DNA from: Eledone cirrhosa | Taxonomy: Eukaryota | Direction: 5' to 3' | NCBI GenBank assembly: GCA_964016885.1 | Contig: OZ024765.1 | Location: 11,780,001-11,844,000 of the forward strand | DNA: 64,000 nt | Notes under the pieces: generated by a model | Told to the model about the DNA's origin: nothing | Databases searched by the model: none | What the model saw: the letters and a program-made list of their open reading frames with translations, nothing else | Made by a program: the position numbers and the translations under genes | In this document: positions 1 to 12,658 of the stretch, one piece after another | Layout of the letters: every line of letters starts with the position of its first letter | Numbering within the stretch: position 1 is the first letter of the stretch

Positions 1-248
1 AAAACCATATTTATTTCATTATACATATTTCAAGGATACCAAGTTAAATTATGGTGTGCTTTCATCAGATAAAATATAATATAGAGCAGTTATATATATA
101 AATATGGACATACCCTTAAAGAATGCAACCATTACTGTTGGAAGCTCCCGGATAGTCATTTTTACTCCAATTACTTGTTGAGTGCTTTATATCAGTTATA
201 AAAATATTTGCTTGTTGTATCCCAACAATTTAAATAGAACTTTTACAT
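1..248. mobile_element. Family A short PLE-associated element, inverted arrangement (minus-strand hammerhead part about 1-153, plus-strand 3' end about 160-248)
   Basis: Homologous to 10548-10723, 50305-50752 and 55455-55671; ends in (TA)n. Confidence 0.7.
12..76 (-). ncRNA. Type I hammerhead ribozyme motif (family A)
   Basis: Minus strand reads TATTTTAT-CTGATGA-AAG..ACCA/TGGT..CTT-GAAA-TATGTA-TA-ATGAAATA: stem I, core, stem II, short stem III, AUA triplet. Confidence 0.75.
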
Positions 249-261
249 ATATATATATATA

Positions 262-430
262 TCTATCTATCTAAGGCGGGTAAAATTCCCGAGATCCATG
301 GACGAGTTCTCTCCAGCGGTCTCTGTCCCTCATTATCGCTGCCATGTCCTGCGTCTCCAACAGACCAGTGTCTGTCCTTAGGGCATCAACATGGACACAC
401 TAGAAGAGGAAGACCAAGGTTAACGTATGT

Positions 431-432
<2 letters not shown>
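262..432 (-). mobile_element. RTE-clade LINE 3' end with inverted 5' fragment
   Basis: 262-369 is the reverse complement of 577-683, with a (TAGA)n tail; 370-432 reads on plus as HQHGHTRRGRPRLTYVD (RTE GRP motif). Confidence 0.65.
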
Positions 433-476
<44 letters not shown>

Positions 477-479
<3 letters not shown>

Positions 480-683
480 AGTCTCAGACCCGTACAGCAG
501 CACAGACTCCACTACAGCAATGAAGAGGCAGATTTTCAGGTGTTTACGAAGGTCCGACTTCCCCACCGATCTCAAGCTGGTCTGTTGGAGACGCAGGACA
601 TGGCAGCGATAATGAGGGACAGAGACCGCTGGAGAGAACTCGTCCATGGGTCTCGGGAATTTTACTCGCCTTAGATAGATAGA
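477..683 (+). mobile_element. RTE-clade LINE 3' end with inverted 5' fragment
   Basis: Plus 576-683 encodes ...MAAIMRDRDRWRELV then a (TAGA)n tail; minus 477-575 encodes LKICLFIAVVESVLLYGSET (RTE LLYGSE motif). Confidence 0.7.
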
Positions 684-806
684 TATATATATACGGGGTA
701 ACAAATTATTGTTATAGGTGTTATGTTGTGATTGAATGTATTGTTATGTTCTGATTGAATGCCATTACTACTATATATAGTAGCCATGCCTGTATATTCC
801 TTTCAT

Positions 807-927
807 TCTCACAAGCTCTGATGAATTGATTGGTTATAACTTTGTATTGGTGATCGAATAACGTGAAAAGAAGCGGGTAGCGATCTCTAGACCTACCAGT
901 TCAGAGAAACAATTGTCAGCAATGAGA
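807..927 (+). ncRNA. Hammerhead-like motif with about 80-nt extended stem II
   Basis: TCTCA..GCT-CTGATGA-(81 nt)-GAAAC-AATT-GTC-AGC..TGAGA, followed by ATTAAA and (TA)n. Confidence 0.55.
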
Positions 928-976
928 TTAAAAACCTCTTTTGTATAGCAAACCGTGTCACTCTTCTTTCCTGATT

Positions 977-1013
<37 letters not shown>

Positions 1014-1160
1014 TCATCATCATCATTTTACGTCCGCTTTTCCCTGCTTATATATATGTATACACACACACACACAAACACACATATATATATAATTATA
1101 GATATATATAAACATATATATAATTATATATATAAATATATACACATATATAAATATATT

Positions 1161-1191
<31 letters not shown>

Positions 1192-1324
1192 ATATATATA
1201 TTAAAAATATAATAACATTCTAAAGATGGATATTTAAGTAGCATTCATATAGAATTTTCTGATAGATACTGTTTCAATTGGCTGTTAAGAATCTCTATAT
1301 ACATTAAATACTTTTACCATTAAG

Positions 1325-1357
<33 letters not shown>

Positions 1358-1758
1358 TGGTGGCTGCCAACTCGTTTTCGAGTATGGCCACTACTTTATA
1401 TCCATGTAGGAGAACCCCTACCGATGCGCTGAACGAGTGTGACTTTCTAGTCCAGCCAGCGACTCGAAAACCCTGGTACAAACACTACACCTGTGACAAT
1501 TATTGACACACAGTGCTGGGCCCATGGTACCATGTGACGACAAGTGCAGAGAGATCTCCAGATATAAAGCAATGCCTTTGCCATGACCCCTTAGCCTTTG
1601 TCAAGGCAGAATTCTAGGAGAAGGAAAACTCTGATATAACACCTGCAACTCTGATGGTATCCAATGATGTTGACTTGTTCTTCTTTTTGGTAAATATCAT
1701 CTTGGTTAAGAGAGTGGGACTGGCTTTGTGCAGTGCCTTTGCTCACTATAAAAGCTTC
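1358..1758 (-). mobile_element. RTE-like LINE 3' end with 5' inversion
   Basis: 1358-1585 is colinear with 3759-3986; 1586-1758 is the inverted copy of 3986-4160. Confidence 0.65.
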
Positions 1759-1841
1759 ATATACATATATACACACACACATACACATATATATACACAC
1801 ACATATATATATATATATATATACACATACATATATATATA

Positions 1842-2047
1842 TCATCATCATCATCATTTTACGTCTGCTTTTCCCTGCTTGTCAGGGTGGGACGGGTCTT
1901 ATTCAGCACAGCATCTCTCCACTCGTCATGGTCCTTCGTCCTCTCCACTGTGAGCTTCAGCGATCTGAGGTCTGTTCTCACTACCTCCGCCCATGTGTTT
2001 CGTGGTCTACCTCTACCACGTCTTCCTTCAACTGGCATTTCCTTGCA
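1842..2047 (-). mobile_element. RTE LINE 3' fragment
   Basis: [21 protein letters not shown]...WRDAV; (TGA)n tail. Confidence 0.85.
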
Positions 2048-2192
2048 TATATATACTAACACACACATATATATATATATAATATTACATGTATATATGT
2101 ATATATATAATATATGCATGTGTGTGTGTATGTATATATATATATATATATATATATACCCTTGCAAGCAGGGAAAAGCGGACGTAAAATGA

Positions 2193-2251
<59 letters not shown>

Positions 2252-2377
2252 TGTTATATCATGATATCAGGATAGCTTAGCTGCAAGTATATGGCTTCTT
2301 ATGCAGGTTATAGGAAGTTATATCAGAATATGTGTATACTTATACATATATATACATATATATATACATATATATAC

Positions 2378-2428
<51 letters not shown>

Positions 2429-2839
2429 TATACATACATATATATATATACATATATATATATACATATATATACATGTATATCTATATATATACATGTA
2501 TATCTATATATATATAGATATATACATGTATATCTATATATATATACATGTATATCTATATATATATAGATATACATACATATATATATACATATATAAA
2601 CATATATATACATGTATATCTATATATATATACATGTATATCTCTCTCTCTATATATATATATATATATACACACATACATATATATATATATTCATACA
2701 CACAAATACACATATACATATATATACATGGGTGGGGGTTTATCTTTATGTGTTACTGTGTTTAAGTATCAGTGTATCCTTATCAATTAAGAAATAAGGA
2801 ACAAACTAAGGTAAAACCAATGCATATATATATATATAC

Positions 2840-2884
<45 letters not shown>

Positions 2885-3758
2885 TTAAATATATATATAC
2901 ACACACAGGAGCACATATATATATATATATATGTATTTATATATATCTATATACACATACACACTTATATATATACACACACATACATATATATATATAC
3001 ATTCTCACACACACACATATATATATATATATTCTCACACACACACATATATACATATATATGTATATATGCACCACTTATGTTGGCTTACTGTGTTAAA
3101 TTACCAGGTAGCTGGCTAGATAAAGAATAATTTGGAACTTCAAACTACTACTGCAGCACCTAATAATTGTAATACTGATATTACTACTACTACTAATACT
3201 AACACAGCTACTGATAATACCACCACTAACACAACTAGTACCTATAATTAGTAGTAATACTAATAACATAGAAAAGATGTCTACCAATTGTTATAACAGA
3301 ATTAATACTAATTCACTTATAATAATTTGCAATGAGTTTTTAGTTGCTGTCACACAGAAACAAGACGCTGTAGAAACAGGAGTGTGTCATACAATAGAGT
3401 GAGAGTGAGTGAATGACAGTAGGAGAATGAGAAATAGAAGCGAGTGGTGGTGAGAGAATAAAACTGATAAGGAGTTACAGCAAAAGTTTTCAGAGTGATG
3501 TCGTATGAGGTATCATGTGATTGAAAAATATAAAGAAAGATTGATGACATAATGTTCTCATAATGACACAATGTATCAACTGTTATTAATATTCATTGAA
3601 TATTGTTATAGTCACTTACATTGGGGAAACTAATATTTCAACATTTACATATATATATATATATATATATTATACATATAAAAATCACGTAACTTTTTTA
3701 ACTGTGGTTACCTCCTGACACAACTCAGGAATCTACTTTACATACATACATACATACA

Positions 3759-4190
3759 TGGTGGCTGCCAACTCGTTTTCGAGTACGGCCACTACTTTAT
3801 ATCCATGTAGGAGAACTCCTACCAATGCGCTGAACGAGTGTGACTTTTTAGTCCAGCCAGCGACTTGAAAACTCTGGTACAAACACTACACTTGTGACAA
3901 TTATTGACACATAGTGCTGGGCCCATGGTACCATGTGAGGACAAGTGCAGAGAGATCTCCAGATATAAAGCAATGCCTGTGCCGTGAAGCTTTTATAGTG
4001 AGCAAAGGCACTGCACAAAGCCAGTCCCACTCTCTTAACCAAGATGATATTTACCAAAAAGAAGAACAAGTCAACATCATTGGATACCATCAGGGTTGCA
4101 GGTGTTATATCAGAGTTTTCCTTCTCCTAGAATTCTGCCTTGACAAAGGCTAAGGGGTCATCTCTCCCGGTGATTTTGGATGGCCATTGA
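3759..4190 (-). mobile_element. RTE-like LINE 3' end with C-terminal C2H2 finger remnant
   Basis: Minus strand encodes CSVCTRVFKSLAGLKSHTRSAH*; flanked on both sides by (TACA)n. Confidence 0.6.
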
Positions 4191-4221
4191 CATACATACA
4201 TACATACATACATACATACAT

Positions 4222-4570
4222 AAAACGTTGTCAGAAAAATACAGGAGAAGGAGGACATCTACGGACAATTGATGAGGAGTTTACAAATCCAGTATCCAAG
4301 ATACACCTTTAGTTTCATACCCATCATTATTGGAGCTACGGGCTATATACCAACCCGCTTGGACCAAAGTATGACTGAACTTGGATTTGCGGACAAAAAG
4401 CGCAGCTCCCTAATTCATAGTCTACAAATGGCTGCGATAGCTGGCACCTTCAAAATTTGCAAAACATTCTTGCGATTCAAGGGATGACAATTTCTTTTCT
4501 TTTACAACCTTGCCACCAGGAAGGTGGCCGGTCAAAAAAATATACTCGAAATTAAGAGAAAGAGAAAACA
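4222..4570 (+). mobile_element. R4/Dong-like RLE LINE, short 3' fragment
   Basis: Near-identical to 28248-28596; PIIIGATG motif; flanked by (CATA)n. Confidence 0.8.
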
Positions 4571-4589
4571 TACATACATACATATATGT

Positions 4590-4872
4590 TACATGGTAGT
4601 GAGACCTGTGCGTTGTGTGCAGAAGACTTGCATACATTAGAAAGAAATGGAGCTTGCATGCTGCAATGGATGTATAATAGTAATATACACGAACGGCAAA
4701 GCATAAACGAATTAAGAGAGAGACTGAGCATAAGAGGAATCAAATGTTGTGTGCAGGAGAGGAGGTTGCGTTGGTATGGACATGTTATGGATATGAAGGA
4801 TCACAGTTGCATAAAAAGGTGCAGAGCCCTAAAAGTCGATGGAAGTGGGGAAACCCTAGAAGACCTGGAATG
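4590..4872 (+). mobile_element. RTE LINE fragment
   Basis: LHGSET...ERRLRWYGHVMDM. Confidence 0.8.
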
Positions 4873-5019
4873 AGGTGATAAAAACTGACCTTGCCTAATT
4901 GCCCCTCTCAAAGGCGATGACACAGGACCGAGACCTCTGGTGTTATGCAGTAATACAGAAGACCCAACTTCCCACAGGTACAAGCTGAAGCTGAAGCATA
5001 TAGACAACATGCCCCCATG

Positions 5020-5295
5020 CCTCTCCCACTGTAATGTGGTTGTGTAGGTGTCACAACAAAAAAGCACCCAGTCCACACTGTAAAGTGGTTGTTTAGGCAC
5101 CACAGTAAAAAATGCCCCCAGTACTCACTGTAAATGAGTTTGGTGTTAGGAAGGGCATCCAGCTGTAGAAACCTACCCAAAATCAGTTCTGTATGAGCAA
5201 GACATTGTCACCAGACCTGGCATTGCCCACAACAGGACAACCTGTCTAACCCATGCTAGTGTGGAGACATCGACATAAAACAGTGATGATGATGA
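5020..5295 (+). mobile_element. SINE-like family 3 (AGGAAGGGCATCCAGC core, (GAT)n tail)
   Basis: Homologous to 6237-6495, 10345-10530, 30300-30547 and 61910-62072. Confidence 0.7.
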
Positions 5296-5483
5296 TATAT
5301 AAATGTATATATATATAGTTAATACATGAAACAAAACATGGGAAGCAAAATATACAGTTATATACATAGTTTAGTTTGAGAACAATAATGTTCTCAAAAT
5401 AAATAATATCAAAATCTCATAGATTCGATATTATGTGAGATAATTATGTAAGATAAAGCCTTTACCACGAAAATAAAGAATAA

Positions 5484-5838
5484 TCATCATCATTTTACGT
5501 CCGCTTTTCCCTGCTTGCAAGGGTGGGACGGGACCTATTCAGTCCAGCATCTCTCCATTCGTCATGGTCTTTGTCATTTCCTTCGAGAGCTTCAGCGATC
5601 TGAGGTCAGCTCTCTCCACCTCCGCCCATGTTTTACGTTGTCTTCCTCTACTGCGTCTTCCCTCCACTGGGATTTCTTGGCACTTCCTTACCCGATGGTC
5701 ATCTTCCATGCACATCACATGTCCATACCATTGCAGTCTTCTCTCCCGCACACTACAGCTTATCCCTCTTATACCCAGTTTCTCTCTCAACTCGTCTATG
5801 CTTGGTCGTTCACACACATTGACATTGCACATCCAACG
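5484..5838 (-). mobile_element. RTE LINE 3' fragment nested in a piggyBac-like MITE remnant
   Basis: RERRLQWYGHVMCM...RSRGRQRKTW; (TGA)n tail; flanks match the 41496-41682 MITE. Confidence 0.85.
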
Positions 5839-6236
5839 GTATGTAATATAAATACTAAAGGGTTAAACCAGATATAAACAAACAAAAGACAATACATTTA
5901 GTAAAAGGGAACAACCATCTTAATCTCCATCAGAGATTCATGGCTTCAGATTTCTATAGAGATTACAAAGGTTAAAGGAAAACAGGTTATTGACCTTGCT
6001 AGGATTTGAACTCAAACTGTAAAGATACAAAACAACTAGCACATGGGAATAGAGCAGAGGCATTAATGATACAGCTAACTTACTGGCCTGCTAGTGATGG
6101 TAGAGGTGGGGAAATGTATGGAGGGTCAGTGTGTTTAGAGGGGAAAGAGTAGAGAAATACTTCTCTGTGGTGTAAGAGTGTGTGTGTATACCAACACACA
6201 CATATATATATGTGTGTGTGTGTGTCGAGATTGAGA

Positions 6237-6495
6237 TCGTGTAGGTGTCACGAGAAAAAAACACACAGTCCACGCTGTAATGTGGCCGTGTAGGTAGCAC
6301 GGTAAAAAGTTCCCAGTTCCACACTGTAAATGTGGTTGGTGTTAGGAAGGGCATCCAGCCGTAGAAAACCTGCAAGATAGTCCTATATGAGCGAGACACA
6401 GTCACCTGACCAACCTTGCCTCAAGTGAGACAACTCCTGTCTAACCCATGCTAGCGTGGAAAGAGGACGTTAAACGAGGATGATGATGATGATGA
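6237..6495 (+). mobile_element. SINE-like family 3
   Basis: GGTGTTAGGAAGGGCATCCAGC core; ACGTTAAAC(GAT)n tail. Confidence 0.7.
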
Positions 6496-6504
6496 TATAT
6501 ATCA

Positions 6505-6845
6505 TCATTTCATCATTTCATTTTTACGTCCGCTTTTCCCTGCTTGCAAGGGTGGGACGGGAACTGATTCTGGCTTGGTTTCTACAGCTGGATGCCCTTC
6601 CTAACACCAACCTCATTTACAGTGAGGGGCTGGGTGCTTTTTTGCCGTGGCACCTCCACAACCACTTTGCAGTGGAATGATATGGACCCTAGTCCCTATG
6701 ATCTCATTTCTACAGCTGGGTAAACTGGAGCAATGTGAAATAAAGTGTCTTGCTCAAGGAAACAACACATCACCCGGTCTGAGAATTGAACTCACAACCT
6801 TTCGATTGCAAGGCCAATGCTCTAACCACTAAGCCATGTGCCTCC
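6505..6845 (-). mobile_element. tRNA-derived SINE family 2 with RTE-derived tail
   Basis: A box TGGCTTAGTGG, B box GAGTTCAATTC; tail CCCACCCTTGCAAGCAGGGAAAAGCGGACGTAAAA shared with the RTE copies. Confidence 0.85.
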
Positions 6846-7107
6846 ATATATATATATGTATATATATCTATGGAGAGTTACTGTAGGTTCACCATCTTAT
6901 CATCACATCCACCAACATATGAACTTCTGACTTTATCATACAGCATGTATTCATTTTCTACTCGCATTACAATGGGTCCGTCGAGCCGGAGATTACAGAG
7001 TCAGGTAAGATCGATACAGATCGAACCTTGAGCTGATCAGTGTCGAAACGCGCGTCACCAACCAATAAATGAAATGAAGGAGTAACCAATCGTCCTTGTT
7101 ACCTTTT

Positions 7108-7143
<36 letters not shown>

Positions 7144-7258
7144 CTAACCCATGCTAGTATGGAAGATAGACGTTAAACGATGATGATGATGATGTTTGCG
7201 TGTATGTATATATATATATAGAGAGAGAGATATAGATATATATATATATAAATGCATT

Positions 7259-7325
<67 letters not shown>

Positions 7326-7512
7326 CGAGGGAAAAGTGGTAAGGAACGAGGTGGACCATAACGCACCAAAGTACTCAATACTTAGGGTAGTAGAGTGGGT
7401 AATAGGAGTAAGTGAGACCCCGACGGCTGAGCTCAAGCCCTTTCGACGGCTAATTCTGTCAGAATTAGCCGTCGAAACGGCTTGAGCTCAGCCGTCGGGG
7501 TCTTACTTACTC

Positions 7513-7514
<2 letters not shown>
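7326..7514. mobile_element. Family C short element, head-to-head inverted pair with hammerhead 3' half
   Basis: Palindrome centred near 7459; GAAAC-GGCT-TGAGCTC-AGCC-GTC; (TA)n flanks. Confidence 0.65.
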
Positions 7515-7544
<30 letters not shown>

Positions 7545-7585
7545 GTATATATACATGTTTGTATATGTGTGTGCATAGACATATC

Positions 7586-7639
<54 letters not shown>

Positions 7640-7854
7640 TAAAGATGTACAAACAAAACCGTCTGTCTTATTTATTGTGTATATATATATATATATATAT
7701 ATATACAATAAATAAGACAGACGGTTTTGTTTGTACATCTTTATTTTATTTGTTATACATATTTCAAAGATGTAATATATATATATATATATATATATAT
7801 ACATGTTTGTATATATGTGTCTATAGACATATACCAGTACATATATGCCTATGT

Positions 7855-7973
<119 letters not shown>

Positions 7974-8173
7974 TACACTATGTATGTATATATATATATA
8001 TAATGTGACTGAGTGCCTCAAAGAACGACTTAATGATTGCATATATGAATACTAAGTGTAACATTAGTATGCATGACAACAACAACAACTGCTACCACCA
8101 CTGTTACCACTACCACTAACATCTAATACTACTACTACTACTACTACTACTAGAATTATAACAGTACACATAC

Positions 8174-8205
<32 letters not shown>

Positions 8206-8208
<3 letters not shown>

Positions 8209-8296
8209 GGTGTCCCAAAATATGTATACACACTTTGGATACCTTTACAGGCAATATTATTAGAATGCTGTTGAAGGGTGTATACATTTTTTTGGA

Positions 8297-8303
<7 letters not shown>
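8206..8303. mobile_element. Tc1-like MITE
   Basis: TIRs CAGGGTGTCCCAAAA / TTTTGGATACCCT, within (TA)n. Confidence 0.75.
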
Positions 8304-8379
<76 letters not shown>

Positions 8380-8409
8380 AAAGAAAGAAAAGAGGAAAGC
8401 CTATATAAC

Positions 8410-8617
8410 AGCTACTACTACTTCTTTTACTACTACCACCAGAGCAACTACCACCACTACTGCTACCTGTACGACGATGACGACCACCACCACTACTGCT
8501 ACCAGTACGACTACCACCATTACTACTCTACTACCACCACCACCACTACTACCACCACCACCACCACCACTACTACCACCACCACTACTCTACTACTACC
8601 ACCACCACCACCACCAT

Positions 8618-8656
<39 letters not shown>

Positions 8657-8865
8657 CAGTGCAACCACCACAACTACTACTACTACCACCACCACCACCA
8701 CCACCACTACTACTGCGAGTGAAACTACCACAACTACTACTACCTGTACAACTACCACCACTACAACCAGTACAACTACTACCACTACTACTCTACTACT
8801 ACCACCACCACTACCACCACCACTACTACTACCAGTACAACTACCACCAACACTACTACTACTCT

Positions 8866-8898
<33 letters not shown>

Positions 8899-8900
8899 CT
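8410..8900. repeat. (CTA/CCA)n trinucleotide low-complexity tract
   Basis: Direct inspection. Confidence 0.9.
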
Positions 8901-9664
8901 ATAGGTATTGGTCACCTACACAAAAAAAAAAAAAGATTTTTTATGTCTTAACCATAATCTCCTGCAAACAATGTTTGTAGAAAGGTAATTCAAGAGGGAT
9001 GATAGTCCTGGGGAGAAGGATTGGGTGAGAAGTTTAGTGAGGGATCTGAGAATTGGATACAACATGGCTGATAAGAGGAGCTGGAGTAAGTTTATATACA
9101 GTTTCTATCTAAGAAACTCAAGATTTGTAGAGAACAGCCAGGAGATATAACATTCCAGAAGGTACACAGTGGTGGGGGAAAGGATTGGCTGTAGGACTAA
9201 GTGAGGGACCTAATGAATTGGATACAACATGAGTGATGAGAGGAGCTGGGAGGAGTTCATATTCAGTTTCAACCTAAGAAACTCAATAGAATTCCAGAAA
9301 GGACACCGTTCTGGGGCAAAAGGACTGTGTATATTGCTTAACCTGTTGACTGCTGTGTATATTTTACACAGCTACAGTTGCTGAGCTGGGGGGTTTTTTT
9401 CCAGTAAAATGACCATTGTTTTTAAACAAACATTTATTCACAACACATATCTGAATGATTGATAAATGTCATATCAATAAACTAGTAACGCCATCTCGCT
9501 TTGAAGTTATGAACTTGTTACATATTTTTATGTAATGTTTGCGATAGAACATGGGACTATGTAGACTGATATTGTACAGAAACACATGTTAAGGAACGAA
9601 CTCAAAACACATGTTTTCTCCTTCTAACAATTACTTCTTAAAATTATATATATATATATATATA

Positions 9665-9852
9665 GGGCGGTGGATTGGCAGTATTGGTAGAGGGTCGGAC
9701 GCCATGCTTTGACGCATTGAGTTACGGCCCTTGCCATTCTGAGTTCAAATCCCGCCAAGGTTAACTTTGCCTTTCATCCTTACGGGGGTCGATAAAATAA
9801 AGTACCAGTAATACACTGGGGTAATAGCTGGCCTTGTGCCAAAAGTAGAAAC

Positions 9853-9857
<5 letters not shown>
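9665..9857 (+). mobile_element. tRNA-derived SINE family 1, full length
   Basis: GGCGGTGGATTGGCAG head, B box GAGTTCAAATCC, tail GGCCTTGTGCCAAAAGTAGAAACAATTA; more than 12 copies in the window. Confidence 0.85.
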
Positions 9858-9910
<53 letters not shown>

Positions 9911-10310
9911 TGGACAAGAGAGATTTGATCCCTGTTGCGCAGTCAATAATTCTAGACCTGTCAAGACATTGCCCTCCACCCTCTCACGTGAGAAACTATG
10001 TTGTGATATATATCGCTAATTGTTGATAGGGGACTGATGATCTAAATAACGTTAAGTACTATGTTCTTGTTAGCCTTTCACTCCATCTTTATATCCATCT
10101 CCCCATCGTTCTGATCCATTTTTTCTCCTCTCCTCTCCTCTCTGTAACTCCCTCATTTCTCATCTCTCGTTCTCTCCATCTCTCTCTCTATAACACTCAC
10201 ATTCTCTCTCCCCATTCGATTCGTAGTTATATCTTAACCCTAATGATTTTAGTATGCAAATAGTATACAGCTGGTAATGGCTACCTTTCACGCTGAGGAT
10301 ACTCAAACTT

Positions 10311-10344
<34 letters not shown>

Positions 10345-10347
<3 letters not shown>

Positions 10348-10530
10348 TCATCAACGTTTAACGTCCGTGTTCCACGCTTGCATGGGTTTGGACGGAGGGT
10401 TTTCCCACTTGAGGCAAGAGTGATTGTCTTGCTCGCATAGGACTGTCTGGCAGGTTTTCTACAGTTGGATGCCCTTCCTAACACCAACCACATTTACAGT
10501 GTGGGTCTGGGAGGTTTTTACCGTGTTGCA
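10345..10530 (-). mobile_element. SINE-like family 3
   Basis: Near-identical to 30300-30495. Confidence 0.75.
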
Positions 10531-10581
10531 TATATATATACGATATATAAAATATGGAAACTATATTTATAAAACCATATT

Positions 10582-10646
10582 TATTTCATTATACATATTT
10601 CAAGGACACCAAGTTAAATTATGGTGTGCTTTCATCAGATAAAATA
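10582..10646 (-). ncRNA. Type I hammerhead ribozyme motif (family A)
   Basis: Near-identical to 12-76. Confidence 0.75.
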
Positions 10647-10718
10647 TAATATAGAGCAGTTTTATAAATAAATATTGACATACCCTTAAAGAATGCGACC
10701 ATTTCTGTTGGAAGCTCC

Positions 10719-10749
<31 letters not shown>

Positions 10750-10752
<3 letters not shown>

Positions 10753-10910
10753 AACAAGTAGGACCCCGATGGCTGAGCTCAAGCCGTTTCAAACCGGCTT
10801 GAGCTCAGCCGTCGGGGTCCTACTTGTTCCTATTACCCACTCTACTACCCTAAGTATTGAGTACTTTGATGCATTATGGTCCATCTGGTTCCTTACCACA
10901 TTTCCTTCGT
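10750..10910. mobile_element. Family C short element, inverted pair
   Basis: GGAACAAGTAGGACCCCG...CGGGGTCCTACTTGTTCC palindrome centred near 10790. Confidence 0.65.
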
Positions 10911-10914
10911 TCAT

Positions 10915-11254
10915 TTCATTTCATTCATTTCAATTTACGTCCACTTTTCCCTGCTTGCAAGGGTGGGACGGGAACTGATTCTGGCTTGATTTCTACAGCT
11001 GGATGCCCTTCCTAACACCAACCTCATTTACAGTGAGTGCTGGGTGCTTTTTTGCCGTGGCACCTGCACGACCACTTTGCAGTGGAATGATAGGGACCCC
11101 AGTCCTATCATCTCATTTCTACAGCTGAGTAAATTGGAGCAATGTGAAATAAAGTGTCTTGATCAAGGAATCAACACATCACCCGGTCTGAGAATTAAAC
11201 TCACAACCTTTCGATTGCAAGGCCACTGCTCTAACCACTAAGCCATGTGCCTCC
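10915..11254 (-). mobile_element. tRNA-derived SINE family 2
   Basis: Homologous to 6505-6845. Confidence 0.85.
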
Positions 11255-11523
11255 ATATATATATATATATGAGACTAGCTTGAAATAACACTGTTTAACA
11301 TCAGAAAATTCTGTAAATCAAATTTGGCACAAAATGAAACAATAGAATTGGAATAAAATGTAACAAAGGAACAATACATGGAGGATGTGAGATATCCAGA
11401 TGATATCTCACTGTTGCACAGTATATTAAGGAAGGTAACTGTACTATCCAGAATACAACACACTGACTGGGAGAGTTATCCCAGTCAGAGCCGAGGAAAC
11501 AAACAGCAACAGAATAGAGGCTA

Positions 11524-11599
<76 letters not shown>

Positions 11600-11674
11600 C
11601 ACGCATATACATATATATATATGTATTTATATATAGTAATAATAATAAATTTGATAAATATAAATATATTTATA

Positions 11675-11712
<38 letters not shown>

Positions 11713-11842
11713 GACACACATGCATATGCATATACATATATACCCTTGCAAGCAGGGAAAAGCGGACGTAAAATGATGATGATGATGATATATGTATATA
11801 TATAAAAATATATATAAACACACAAGCATATACATATAAATA

Positions 11843-11889
<47 letters not shown>

Positions 11890-12093
11890 AAATATATATA
11901 CATATACAAATATATATATATATATACATACATATATATATACACATACATATATATATATATACATATATACACATACATATATTTATAGACACACACA
12001 CATATATACCTACATATACATACACACATATGTGCAGACATACATTTACATGCATACATATGTACACACACACACACACACATATATATATAT

Positions 12094-12131
<38 letters not shown>

Positions 12132-12452
12132 TCACACACATAATATGCATCATGATAAGAAGGAAAAAAATCCCATCCAGGATGGAAATACAGTTTATAT
12201 CTCTGAGGAAATAAACAGACTCACGATAAAAAACAAACCTCAGCCACCAAAAAAATCTAAGATTCTAAAGAGAATAATAATATATATAAGAAACGACCAC
12301 TCCACCATGGCCACCACTACCAATATATAAATAAATATATATATATAATATGAAAAATCTAAGAAGGAGAAGACAGTTTTGGAAGCTCTTCGCTGTGATC
12401 ACTTAACACCATTGAATTTTCCAAATAAATGAAGCAAAACAAACAGAGGTGG

Positions 12453-12483
<31 letters not shown>

Positions 12484-12484
12484 C

Positions 12485-12556
<72 letters not shown>

Positions 12557-12563
12557 GTGTGTG

Positions 12564-12594
<31 letters not shown>

Positions 12595-12626
12595 ATGTGT
12601 GTGTGTGTGTGTATGTATATATATGG

Positions 12627-12658
<32 letters not shown>

